Below are positions 1 to 9,258 of a stretch of 64,000 bases of DNA, piece after piece. A program made the position numbers and the translations under genes. The DNA lies in NCBI GenBank assembly GCA_963813815.1, contig CAWFAD010000012.1, positions 58,142 to 122,141 on the forward strand, given 5' to 3'. Position 1 is the stretch's first letter. Every line of letters starts with the position of its first letter. The DNA comes from an uncultured bacterium. Lineage in GTDB: Bacteria; Krumholzibacteriota; Krumholzibacteriia; Krumholzibacteriales; Krumholzibacteriaceae. The notes beneath the pieces are model-generated. The model was not told the origin of the DNA. It worked only from the letters and a program-made list of their open reading frames with translations, and made no database searches.

Positions 1-644
<644 letters not shown>

Positions 645-1337
645 TCACGACTTTTTTCTCGAGATCATGACGCGTGCCGGCCGTAGCGCTTCGCCGTGGA
701 GCAGATATCCCTTTCGTACGACCTGCGCGACGCATCCATCCTCCAGAGTGTCGTCGTCGATCTCACCGACCGCCTCGTGGTATTTCGGATCGAACTTCGC
801 GCCGAGAGCGGCCATCTCAGTCACGCCCGCCCTTCCCAGTATTTCCATGAACCCCGCGCGAATGAGCCGCAAACCTTCCCGGTGCGCCTCGTCCATGCCT
901 TCTAGTGCTGCGATGGCACGGTCGAAATTGTCGATCCCCCCGATGATTTCCTTGATGAGATCGGCATTCGCACGCTTTTGAAGCAATTCCCATTCCCGAT
1001 GAGTACGTTTACGGAAGTTCTCGAAATCGGCGGCAATGCGAAGCATCCTATCTTCTTTAATTTTAAGCTGTTGAACCGCTTCTTTCGCCGTCCTATCGAG
1101 CTCCATGAGCTGTGTGTTCTTCTTCTGCAGGTGCTCGAGCAACTCCTTGCGACTCGCGCGTTTCATGCGCTTTTGCACGTGTTCCTCGCCGTCGGCTTGA
1201 GCCTCCCTTTCGAGCACGATCTCCGGGGACTCGGCGAGTTCGTCCGCCTTCTCCGCGTCGGGCCGCGCTTCCTGTCCACCCTCCGTCTCCGGCGCCGCCT
1301 TGGGTTCTTCCTGCTCCACGTCATCCTCCTCGAGCAT
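645..1337 (-). CDS. grpE: Nucleotide exchange factor GrpE
   Basis: The 230 aa ORF has an acidic N-terminus and the FENFRKR ... DLIKEI ... HEAV motifs typical of GrpE. It sits between hrcA and dnaK. Confidence 0.9.
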   Translation of the reverse strand: MLEEDDVEQEEPKAAPETEGGQEARPDAEKADELAESPEIVLEREAQADGEEHVQKRMKRASRKELLEHLQKKNTQLMELDRTAKEAVQQLKIKEDRMLRIAADFENFRKRTHREWELLQKRANADLIKEIIGGIDNFDRAIAALEGMDEAHREGLRLIRAGFMEILGRAGVTEMAALGAKFDPKYHEAVGEIDDDTLEDGCVAQVVRKGYLLHGEALRPARVMISRKKS

Positions 1338-1344
1338 CCTGCCG

Positions 1345-2379
1345 CTATTCTCCTATTTGGATATGCGTGAGCTCCTCGACGGTCGTATCGAGGAGCGACA
1401 GCACCTGCCGGTAGGACATTCTCATCGGGCCGAGCACGCCGAGAATGCCGTCGCAATCCGACGTCCGAAACCGCCGGGTGACGATGGCGAAATCCTCGAG
1501 CTCGGCGATGCGATTCTCGCGCCCGATCGTCACCGAGAGATCCGTGTCGAGCCGGTTCTTGAGCACGCCGAGCATGATCGTCCGCTCGCCCATGAGCCGC
1601 ACGAGACTCTGCAGAATCCTCGGATTGCTCAGCTCGTAGCTGTCCGCCTGGCGCTCGATTCCCCGATACGAGTATTCGAGATCGTACGGCGAATCGAAGA
1701 GGAACGCCGCCTCGCGAAACACCGCCGAGACTATTTCGCGCTCGGTGCCCGCGCCCTCCCGCAGAAAGCTCTCGAGGCGCTCCGGCGCTCGCTCCAGAGC
1801 GTGTCCGGCGATCCGCTCGTTGATCATCCTGCCGGCGCCCTCGACGACGTGCGAAGGGTAGTCGCGATCGAATCGCACGAAGACCTTTCTCGCATCGCCG
1901 GGGGCCAGCGTGAGGATGACGAGTCCGCCGCGGCTCTCGAGGAGCACGATCTCGAAGCGCTCGACGACGCGGCTTGCCTGCACGACGCCCATCGTGAGCC
2001 CCATGTAATCGGTGATCTCGCTGAGAAGCCTCGACGTCGCCGCCATGAGCTCGCGCACGTCGCGCCAGTCCTGGCCGATTTTCGTGCGAATCCGTTCCGC
2101 GAGAACGCGGTTCGGCGGACCGAGCGCCCGGATGCCGTCGACGTAGAGACGATAGCCGCTGTCGCTCGGCACCCTCCCCGCCGAAACGTGCGGTTTGTGG
2201 ATGAGCCCGAGATCCTCGAGACGATGAAGGATCTTTCGTATGTTCGCCGTGCTCTCCTCGAGCCTGAAGTGCGATTTTATCATCCGGCTGCTCACCGGTT
2301 CGCCCGTCGCGACGAATATGTCGATGACATTGCGTAATATTCTTATTTCGTCTTGAGTTATGAGAATTTTATCGCCCAT
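1345..2379 (-). CDS. hrcA: Heat-inducible transcription repressor HrcA
   Basis: The 344 aa ORF begins MGDKILITQDEIRILRNVIDIFVATGEPVSSRMI, a winged-helix N-terminus like HrcA. It is first gene of the hrcA-grpE-dnaK operon. Confidence 0.88.
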   Translation of the reverse strand: MGDKILITQDEIRILRNVIDIFVATGEPVSSRMIKSHFRLEESTANIRKILHRLEDLGLIHKPHVSAGRVPSDSGYRLYVDGIRALGPPNRVLAERIRTKIGQDWRDVRELMAATSRLLSEITDYMGLTMGVVQASRVVERFEIVLLESRGGLVILTLAPGDARKVFVRFDRDYPSHVVEGAGRMINERIAGHALERAPERLESFLREGAGTEREIVSAVFREAAFLFDSPYDLEYSYRGIERQADSYELSNPRILQSLVRLMGERTIMLGVLKNRLDTDLSVTIGRENRIAELEDFAIVTRRFRTSDCDGILGVLGPMRMSYRQVLSLLDTTVEELTHIQIGE

Positions 2380-2382
2380 GGA

Positions 2383-2409
2383 ATAGCACTCTCCTAGACG
2401 GACTGCTAC
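2383..2409 (-). promoter_or_regulatory. CIRCE-like inverted repeat (HrcA operator) just upstream of hrcA
   Basis: Sequence aTAGCACTC-N9-GAcTGCTAc matches the CIRCE consensus TTAGCACTC-N9-GAGTGCTAA with a few mismatches. It lies 4 nt upstream of the hrcA start codon. Confidence 0.45.
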
Positions 2410-2485
2410 ATTTCATAAGAATGTACGGAGTTCGGTCGCGATTGTCAAGAAAGAGGTCGAACCGGCGCCGGGAAAACGCGGAAGA

Positions 2486-3097
2486 TCAGCGAATTATATC
2501 CCCGATGCGCGAGAAACGGATCCAGTGCTTCCCGTAATCCAGAGAAAAATAGATGAAAAGCGCCTTGCCGCGCAGAAGCTTCCGGTTCACGGGGCCCCAG
2601 TAGCGGCTGTCGGAGCTGTTGTCTCGATTGTCGCCGAAAACGAGGATGTGATCCTCCGGCACGGTGTACGGACCGAAGGTGGGACGCTCGACGTCCCCAT
2701 AGAGGTATTTCACGTACTTCTCTTGCTTCTCCACGCCGTCGACGAAGAGACGGCTGTCGCGAAACTCAACCGTCTGTCCGGCGACCGCGACGCAGCGCTT
2801 GATGTAGTCGGTTTTGCCGTCGCCGGGCCATTTGAAGATCACGATGTCCCCCGCACGAGGATCGCGCACCGCCGGCAGGAAAAGGTCCACGAAGGGCACC
2901 TTGGCCCCGTAGAGAAACTTGTTCGCGAAGAGAAAGTCCCCCTTGAGGAGCGTGTCCTCCATGGATTCGGAGGGAATGTGATAGCTCTGGATGATGAGGG
3001 CGCGCACGATGAGGGCGAGGATGACGGCCGTCGCGACTATCTCGACATACTCGCGCAGCTTCGATTTCGGTTTCTTGTCCTTGGTATCGGACTTCAT
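2486..3097 (-). CDS. lepB: Signal peptidase I
   Basis: The 203 aa ORF has an N-terminal TM helix, a SESMEDTL box with the catalytic Ser, a KRCVAVAGQ box with the catalytic Lys, and the GDNRDNSSDSRYWG box. Confidence 0.85.
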   Translation of the reverse strand: MKSDTKDKKPKSKLREYVEIVATAVILALIVRALIIQSYHIPSESMEDTLLKGDFLFANKFLYGAKVPFVDLFLPAVRDPRAGDIVIFKWPGDGKTDYIKRCVAVAGQTVEFRDSRLFVDGVEKQEKYVKYLYGDVERPTFGPYTVPEDHILVFGDNRDNSSDSRYWGPVNRKLLRGKALFIYFSLDYGKHWIRFSRIGDIIR

Positions 3098-3243
3098 CGC
3101 GGCCTCCCGTGAATGTTGACGCCCGCTCTCCCATACGTGATCGCGGGCGCGTATGTTCCAGTAATACTAACCGTTTCGGTCGTCCCGCGCAAATGCCGAT
3201 TTGCCGCTGAGCCCGGCGCGACGCGGCGTCCGCCGCCGGGCGA

Positions 3244-3987
3244 TCAGTAACGCAGGACGATCTGCAGTCCCACGCGGTCGGCGGAGGCCGCCGGGGCGAC
3301 CTGGAAACGCATATCGTCGAGATGCGCGTCGACGTAGGCGTCGATCACGATCACGAGCACGGCGGCCGCCGACCACCAGATCCAATCCACGGAGCGGTCC
3401 CAGTACTCCGTCACCCACGAATCGTGAAATCGCCATTCGCTCGAGCTCACCGGATAGGTGTCGCGCACCGCTTTCTCGCGGCTCCAGAGACGCCGATTCT
3501 GATAGATCATGAGCGTGTAAAAGGTTTCGACGCCCATACCGATCGCCGCTTTGAGCGGCTTCTCGTTGTACATCTGGCCGAGCCCCGGGAAGGTGAGCGC
3601 GCAGAGCATGGCGACCCGCCCGCTGCGTCTCTGCCGATACTCCTTGCCCGCGAACCCCGCCGTCTCGCCCCCGAGGATCGATTTGAGCTCGTCCATCGTC
3701 CAAACGCCGCCCTCGGGAGGCGCGAACGCCGTATCCGGCCGCGCGGCGCGGACGGAATCGGAGCCGCTCGCCGACGCCGTGTCCTCCGGAGCGACCCACG
3801 CCGTATCCGCAACCGGCGAGGCGGCCGAATCCGCGGCGGCCCGGACGGCGTCGGCCGGAACCGCGGCGATCGATCCCTCAGGCCACAGCGGGCCGCCGGC
3901 CGCCACAGGGTTCGCGGCCGCGAGGACGCCGAGCATCGCCAGCGCGACGGCTATGGTTTTCCCGTAAAATGCAGGTTTCAGAGGCAT
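3244..3987 (-). CDS. Hypothetical secreted/membrane protein (signal peptide, two predicted TM helices, Trp-rich C-terminal region)
   Basis: Reading from the internal Met MPLKPAFYGKTIAVALAMLGVLAAANPVAAG gives a signal peptide. Hydrophobic segments follow at LCALTFPGLGQMY and WIWWSAAAVLVIVIDAYV. The upstream part of the long ORF (3244..4245) overlaps the tRNA and is unlikely to be coding. I did not recognise a catalytic family. Confidence 0.45.
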   Translation of the reverse strand: MPLKPAFYGKTIAVALAMLGVLAAANPVAAGGPLWPEGSIAAVPADAVRAAADSAASPVADTAWVAPEDTASASGSDSVRAARPDTAFAPPEGGVWTMDELKSILGGETAGFAGKEYRQRRSGRVAMLCALTFPGLGQMYNEKPLKAAIGMGVETFYTLMIYQNRRLWSREKAVRDTYPVSSSEWRFHDSWVTEYWDRSVDWIWWSAAAVLVIVIDAYVDAHLDDMRFQVAPAASADRVGLQIVLRY

Positions 3988-3996
3988 ATATGAATC

Positions 3997-4094
3997 TGGC
4001 GGGAATGTGTGGGAATCGAACCCACCCCGGATGGTTTTAGCACCCGGCGGAAGGATTTGAAGTCCTCGAGGTCCACCAGAACCCATCCATTCCC
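3997..4094 (-). tRNA. selC: tRNA-Sec (anticodon UCA), selC
   Basis: The minus-strand sequence is GGGAATGGATGGGTTCTGGTGGACCTCGAGGACTTCAAATCCTTCCGCCGGGTGCTAAAACCATCCGGGGTGGGTTCGATTCCCACACATTCCCGCCA. The anticodon loop CTTCAAATC matches E. coli selC, with UCA reading UGA. It has a long variable arm, a 7 bp acceptor stem GGGAATG/CATTCCC and a T-loop GGTTCGATTCC. It is 98 nt, longer than a canonical tRNA. Confidence 0.7.
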
Positions 4095-4135
4095 GCAACG
4101 CCGCAACACGTCCCCCCGCGATCCCCGGCGCCGGC

Positions 4136-4558
4136 TCACCGTCCGATGCGCGCGATCGCTTCGATCTCCACGAGCGCGCCGAGCGGGAGCCGTCCCACCT
4201 GGTACGTGGCCCGCGCCGGAGGAGCCTCGCCGAAGAAGGTCGCATAGACCTCGTTCAGAACTGCGAAATCGTCCATCGACTGGAGCAGCACCGTCGTCTT
4301 CACGACCGCGGCCATCGTCGTCCCGGCGGCCTCGCAGATCGCGGCGACATTTTTGAGCGCCCGCCGCGCCTCGGCCTCGATCCCTCCGTCGACGAGCTTC
4401 TTCGTCTCCGGATCGATCCCGAGCTGCCCCGATACGAAGAGAAATTCCCCCGCGAGGATGCCCTGACTGTACGGTCCGATGGCGGCGGGGGCCGCCTTCG
4501 TGCGGATCACCTGTTTCACCGTGCCTCCTCCGAGAACGGTCGTCGCACCGAAGATCAC
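4136..4558 (-). CDS. ridA: RidA/YjgF family reactive enamine-imine deaminase
   Basis: The C-terminal 127 aa of the long ORF (VKQVIRTKAAPAAIGPYSQGI ... ARATYQVGRLPLGALVEIEAIA) is a typical RidA. The likely start is the GTG at 4558, overlapping the glmS stop as GTGA, or the GTG of VKQ near 4519. The 5' part of ORF 4136..6115 is an out-of-frame overlap with glmS and was rejected. Confidence 0.7.
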   Translation of the reverse strand: MIFGATTVLGGGTVKQVIRTKAAPAAIGPYSQGILAGEFLFVSGQLGIDPETKKLVDGGIEAEARRALKNVAAICEAAGTTMAAVVKTTVLLQSMDDFAVLNEVYATFFGEAPPARATYQVGRLPLGALVEIEAIARIGR

Positions 4559-6387
4559 TCGACCGTGACGCTTTTCGCGAGGTTGCGGGGTTGATCGACG
4601 TTGCACCCCCGCAGCACCGCGATGTGGTACGCCAGCAACTGCAGCGGAATCACCGAGAGAATCGGATAGAGGAAGTCGAGCGTGCGCGGAATGTAGATCA
4701 CGTGATCCGCCATCTCGACGACCTCGGTGTTCCCTTCGTTCGTGATCGCGATGATCCTGCCCTTGCGCGCCTTTACCTCGGCAATGTTGCCGACGATCTT
4801 CTGGTACGCCGCGTCGCGCGGGCAGATGAACACGACCGGCATGTTCTCGTCGATGAGGGCGATCGGGCCGTGCTTCATCTCCGCCGCGGGATACCCCTCG
4901 GCGTGCACGTAGGAGATTTCCTTGAGCTTGAGCGCTCCCTCGAGGGCGACCGGATAGTTGGCGCCGCGGCCGAGATAGAGGAAATTGTTGTGCTGAGCGA
5001 GCTGCTCGGCGATGCCGCGGATCGACTCGCTCGTATCGAGAATGGAGGCGACCTGCCCGGGGACCGCCTGAATCGCCTTCACGATTTTCTGGCCCTCGGC
5101 CTCGGAGATCGTGCGCAGGCGGCCGAAGATGAGCGCGATGAGGCTCAACACCGTGATCTGGGAGGTAAAGGCCTTCGTCGACGCGACGCCGATCTCCGGA
5201 CCCGCGTGAATGTAGACGCCCGCGTGCGACTCGCGGGCGATCGTGCTGCCGACGACGTTGCAGATGCCGAGGCAGCGCGCCCCGCGCCGCCCGGCCTCTC
5301 GGAGCGCCGCGAGCGTGTCGACCGTCTCTCCGGACTGGCTGATCGCGAAGACGATCGTGCCGTCCTCGATGACGGGATTGCGGTAGCGGAACTCGCTCGC
5401 GTACTCGACCTCGACGGGAATGCGCGCCTTCTCCTCGATCATGTACTCGCCGATGAGCCCCGCGTGCCAGCTCGTGCCGCACCCGATGAGCAGGATGCGC
5501 TTCACGTTCCGGAGCTCCTCCTCCGTCATGTTGAGACCGCCGAGATGCGCCTCCCCCGTCGCCGCGATGAGGCGCCCGCGCATGGCGTTCGTGATCGTTT
5601 CCGGCTGCTCGCGAATCTCCTTGATCATGAAGTGCGGATGGCCGCCGCGCTCGATCATATCGAGATCCCAGTCGATTTTCTGGACGTCGTGGCTCACGTA
5701 TTCGTTCTGGACCGTCATGGTTGTGAAGCCGTCGCGGGTCGCCACGATCATTTCGTGATCCTCGAGATAGATCACCTGGCGCGTGTGCTTGAGGATCGCC
5801 GCGACGTCGCTCGCGATGATGTACTCGCTCTCGCCGATGCCCATGACAACGGGCGAGCCGTTGCGGGCCGCGACGAGCTTGTCCGGCTCGCTCGCCGACA
5901 CGACGAGGATGCCGTACGTTCCCTCGACCTTCTCGAGCGCCTTCCGCACGGCGACCTCGAGATCGCAGCCGGTGTAGTACTTCTCGATGAGGTGCACGAG
6001 CGTTTCCGTATCCGTCTCCGTGACGAACCGGTGATTCTCCGCGATGAGGGATTTCTTGAGCGTCGAGTAGTTCTCGATGATGCCGTTGTGAATGAGCGCG
6101 ATCCGGCCGCTGCAATCGAAATGCGGATGGGCGTTCGTGCGGTTCGGCTCGCCGTGCGTGGCCCAGCGGGTATGCGCTATGCCCACGCTGCCCGAGAGAT
6201 CCATTCCCCGGAGCTTCTCCTCGAGCTGGCTGATCTTACCCGCCGTTTTCTCGTACACGAGCCCGCCGTCGCGCGCGATCGCGATCCCGGCGGAGTCGTA
6301 TCCCCGGTACTCGAGCCGCTTGAGCCCCTCGATGAGAATCGCGCCGACGTTCTTGCTCTTTCCGATGTACCCGATAATTCCGCACAT
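4555..6387 (-). CDS. glmS: Glutamine--fructose-6-phosphate aminotransferase (isomerising)
   Basis: The protein begins MCGIIGYIG with the Cys1 nucleophile. It has the N-terminal Ntn amidotransferase domain and two SIS domains, and ends with the conserved KSVTVE. It is 610 aa from the internal Met. Confidence 0.95.
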   Translation of the reverse strand: MCGIIGYIGKSKNVGAILIEGLKRLEYRGYDSAGIAIARDGGLVYEKTAGKISQLEEKLRGMDLSGSVGIAHTRWATHGEPNRTNAHPHFDCSGRIALIHNGIIENYSTLKKSLIAENHRFVTETDTETLVHLIEKYYTGCDLEVAVRKALEKVEGTYGILVVSASEPDKLVAARNGSPVVMGIGESEYIIASDVAAILKHTRQVIYLEDHEMIVATRDGFTTMTVQNEYVSHDVQKIDWDLDMIERGGHPHFMIKEIREQPETITNAMRGRLIAATGEAHLGGLNMTEEELRNVKRILLIGCGTSWHAGLIGEYMIEEKARIPVEVEYASEFRYRNPVIEDGTIVFAISQSGETVDTLAALREAGRRGARCLGICNVVGSTIARESHAGVYIHAGPEIGVASTKAFTSQITVLSLIALIFGRLRTISEAEGQKIVKAIQAVPGQVASILDTSESIRGIAEQLAQHNNFLYLGRGANYPVALEGALKLKEISYVHAEGYPAAEMKHGPIALIDENMPVVFICPRDAAYQKIVGNIAEVKARKGRIIAITNEGNTEVVEMADHVIYIPRTLDFLYPILSVIPLQLLAYHIAVLRGCNVDQPRNLAKSVTVE

Positions 6388-6460
6388 CTCGACACCTCGA
6401 ATCGAATATCGCCGGCAAGGCCGGCGCCGACCTACCAACGCGATTGCCGCCCGCGCGGCG

Positions 6461-7801
6461 TCACGACAGAAGCTTTCCCGCTTCCCTCGCGAGCCGCTCC
6501 GCCTCCTCGGCGGATGCCGCCTCCGCGATGACCCTCACCACGGGCTCCGTATTCGACCTGCGCAGATGTATCCACCCCATGGGCATATCAATTCTTATAC
6601 CATCCGACGCGCAGGCCTCTCCCGGGAAACGCTTTTCCGCTTCTTTTTTCACCCGCTCGAAATCGCCGGCGAACGAGAACTTGTCCTTGACGATGTGGTA
6701 GCGCGGGTAGGAGGCGACCTTGTCGGCGAGCGAGACTCCCTCCTCCGCCAGCGCCTGCAGCGCGAGGGCGGCTCCGAGCATCGCGTCGCGGCCGTAGTGG
6801 AGGGGCGGATAGATGACCCCACCGTTCCCCTCGCCCCCGATCGCCGCGCTCCGCTCCTTCATGAGGGCGATGACGTTCGCCTCCCCCACTTTCGACCGAA
6901 ACACGGGAACGCCGTGCCGCTTTCCCAGATCGTCGATGATGCGCGAGGTCGAGAGGTTCGCGACGAGCGGTCCCTTTTCCCTCGAGAGCACGAAATCCGC
7001 CGCCACGGCGAGCGTGAGCTCCTCGCTGCACACAAACCCCGTCCCGTCGACGAGCACGAGGCGGTCGGCGTCCGGATCGCACGCGAAGCCGATGTCGGCC
7101 CGCTCGCGAACGACCGCGCGAGACAGATCGACGAGGTTCGCCGGACGCGGCTCGGGCTCGTGTGGGAACGGCTCATCGACGCTCGTGAAGAGCTCCACGA
7201 CCGTGACGCCGAGCTCCCGGAGCAACGCCGGCAGGATGACGCTCCCCGCGCCGTTCACGCAGTCGACCACGGCCTTGAAACCCCGCTTCGCGACGCGATC
7301 GCGGTCCATGCGTCCGAGCGCGAGAATCCGCCCCACGTGGACGGCGTTTCCCGCCTCGTTCGCCGCATACCCGCCGAAGGACCGCCTCGCCTCGTACACC
7401 GGCGACGCCGCGGCGGAGGTCAGGTCGTCCATCTCCGCGGCCGAGAGAAACTCCCCGCGGCGGTCCAGAAACTTGAGCGCGTTCCACTCGATGCCGTTGT
7501 GGCTCGCCGTGATGATGATCCCGCCCTCGGCCTTGAGCTCGTCGACCATGATCTCGACGGTCGGGGTCGACGCGATGCCCAGATCGACGGCCGAGCATCC
7601 CTCGAAGCGCAGCGCCGAAAACACCGCCGAGGCGAGCGCCGGACCGGAGGGACGGGTGTCCCGCCCCACGACGACGACGCCGCCGCGGAGCCGCGCGGCG
7701 AATGCGGCCGCGTAGCGCAGCGCCGTCCCGGGGTTCATTCCGGGCCCCACGATCCCCCGCACGCCCGAGACGCCGGCCATGAGATTCGGATTCTGAGCCA
7801 T
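6461..7801 (-). CDS. glmM: Alpha-D-phosphohexomutase family enzyme, probably phosphoglucosamine mutase
   Basis: It has a GVSGVRG active-site loop, a TASHNG phosphoserine loop and four-domain phosphohexomutase architecture. It lies directly upstream of glmS. The motif deviates from canonical GlmM (TASHNP), so the substrate assignment is tentative. The start could be at 7822 or 7801. Confidence 0.6.
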   Translation of the reverse strand: MAQNPNLMAGVSGVRGIVGPGMNPGTALRYAAAFAARLRGGVVVVGRDTRPSGPALASAVFSALRFEGCSAVDLGIASTPTVEIMVDELKAEGGIIITASHNGIEWNALKFLDRRGEFLSAAEMDDLTSAAASPVYEARRSFGGYAANEAGNAVHVGRILALGRMDRDRVAKRGFKAVVDCVNGAGSVILPALLRELGVTVVELFTSVDEPFPHEPEPRPANLVDLSRAVVRERADIGFACDPDADRLVLVDGTGFVCSEELTLAVAADFVLSREKGPLVANLSTSRIIDDLGKRHGVPVFRSKVGEANVIALMKERSAAIGGEGNGGVIYPPLHYGRDAMLGAALALQALAEEGVSLADKVASYPRYHIVKDKFSFAGDFERVKKEAEKRFPGEACASDGIRIDMPMGWIHLRRSNTEPVVRVIAEAASAEEAERLAREAGKLLS

Positions 7802-7935
7802 CGACACGCTCCGTCCCGCCACCGCGCCCGCGGCGCCGGGCGGTTTGCATTATACGACAGCCGCCGCCGAGCCGCATAAGAAAAATCCCGGCCGCCGGGC
7901 GGCCGGGACGATTCGCGGACCCTTCGCGGCGGAGC

Positions 7936-8481
7936 CTATTCCCGCACTTCGGCGTACGCGCGCATGAACGATTTGAGGTTTCGCGGCCCGACGCGCCCAA
8001 AACGCTTCGTGAGGGGTTCCTCGATCGATTCGGGCTTGATGACGCCCGTCATCTTGACCGCCGCGCCGAGCATCGTCGTGTTCGTAATGGGGCGCCCGAG
8101 CTCCTCGACCGCGATTTTCGTCGCGTCGACCGTTGCGACCCGGATATCGGCGTAGCCGAACTGTTTCTTGATCTCCTCGGGGCTCTTCGCCGTGTTGACG
8201 ACGAGAACGCCGCCGGATTTCAGGCCCTTTCGGGGATTCGCGATCCGGAGGAGGCTCTGGTCGAGCACGATGACGACGTCCGGTTCGTTCACGGCGAACC
8301 GGGTCCGGAGAGGCGCATCGTCGACGCGGGAGAACGCGACGACCGGCGCGCCGCGCCGCTCCGGCCCGAAGCTCGGAAAGCTCTGCGCGTATCTGCCCTC
8401 GTTGATGACGGCGACGGCGAGCAACTCGGCGCTCGTCACCGCTCCCTGTCCGCCGCGTCCGTGAAATCTGATCTCCAGCAT
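7936..8481 (-). CDS. porG: 2-oxoacid:ferredoxin oxidoreductase gamma subunit
   Basis: The 181 aa protein begins MLEIRFHGRGGQGAVTSAELLA, which includes the GRGGQG motif of OFOR gamma subunits. It is the last gene of the porDAB-nuoEF-fdx-porG string. Confidence 0.8.
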   Translation of the reverse strand: MLEIRFHGRGGQGAVTSAELLAVAVINEGRYAQSFPSFGPERRGAPVVAFSRVDDAPLRTRFAVNEPDVVIVLDQSLLRIANPRKGLKSGGVLVVNTAKSPEEIKKQFGYADIRVATVDATKIAVEELGRPITNTTMLGAAVKMTGVIKPESIEEPLTKRFGRVGPRNLKSFMRAYAEVRE

Positions 8482-8488
8482 GTTCGTC

Positions 8489-9214
8489 CTACTTTTTTGT
8501 CGAACGGCAATCGACGCACGTGTCGAAATGATCTTCCGGAAGGTTCGCGATCTTCCGGAAATACTCGAGCTGTTTCACCGGGGCGAAATGCTTTCCGCAG
8601 ACCTTGCATGCGGCCATCGGAAAATCCGTCTTCCAGATGCGCCGCACACCGTCGCGCTCCTCCATCGGAATGACGCCCACCGGACAGATATAGTGGCACG
8701 AGCCGCACGCGATGCAATCCTCCGGCGCCTCCTCGAACGGCGTCGCGACGGCGCGCGTGTCGCCGCGGCTCTTGAATCCGATCGCCGATACCCCCACGAC
8801 CTCCCGGCAGACGCGAACGCACTGGCCGCAGAGGATGCACCCCTTGAAGTCGACCGGGAACATGCTCTTCTCGATCCCGAGGCTCGAGGCGAGCTCGCGG
8901 AGGCGCGGATGCGTCGAGTTCCGCGAGAGGAGCAGGTGCAGAACGAGCCGCCGCACGTTCAGAACGCGCTCGGTCGAGGTATTCACCTCGAGCCCCTCGG
9001 CCACCTCGTGGATGCACGAAACGACGAGGCGCTGGCGCTTCTTGTGCGTAACCTCGACCATGCAGAGCCGGCAGGCGCCGTACGGATGGAGCTCCTCGTT
9101 GCTGCAGAGGTTGGGGATGTCGATGTTGGCGTCGCGCGCGGCGTCGAGAATCGTCGTCCCCGCCGCGGCCGTCACCCGCCGTCCGTCGATCGTCAGTGTC
9201 ACCTTGTCCGCCAT
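8489..9214 (-). CDS. [2Fe-2S] plus 2x[4Fe-4S] ferredoxin-like protein, like the N-terminus of NuoG or HydA without a catalytic domain
   Basis: Reading from the internal Met MADKVTLTIDGRRVTAAAGTTILDAARDANIDIPNLC ... CRLCMVEV gives a 2Fe-2S ferredoxin fold. Two CxxCxxCxxxCP motifs follow, giving 241 aa. The upstream extension of the ORF was rejected because it overlaps nuoF in another frame. Confidence 0.75.
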   Translation of the reverse strand: MADKVTLTIDGRRVTAAAGTTILDAARDANIDIPNLCSNEELHPYGACRLCMVEVTHKKRQRLVVSCIHEVAEGLEVNTSTERVLNVRRLVLHLLLSRNSTHPRLRELASSLGIEKSMFPVDFKGCILCGQCVRVCREVVGVSAIGFKSRGDTRAVATPFEEAPEDCIACGSCHYICPVGVIPMEERDGVRRIWKTDFPMAACKVCGKHFAPVKQLEYFRKIANLPEDHFDTCVDCRSTKK

Positions 9215-9258
9215 GTCGGTTCCTTTGCCGGGGGCGGCGCGTCCCCGCGCCGCCATCG

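Noticed and set aside
3244-4245. Full 333-aa ORF for the hypothetical secreted protein
   Set aside because: The 5' 86 codons overlap the tRNA-Sec gene and are Arg-rich. The signal-peptide-bearing Met at 3987 is the plausible start.
4136-6115. 659-aa ORF spanning ridA and most of glmS
   Set aside because: Only the C-terminal 127-140 aa (RidA) is in a meaningful frame. The rest is an out-of-frame overlap of glmS.
4591-6531. 646-aa ORF antisense to glmS. Similar long antisense ORFs are at 6092..7879, 9196..11166, 22292..25381, 33526..35319, 34964..37798, 47769..50090, 50090..52372 and 59447..61387
   Set aside because: They sit opposite strongly supported genes. They are Arg/Ala/Pro/Gly-rich low-complexity translations typical of stop-codon-poor high-GC DNA, with no recognisable domains.
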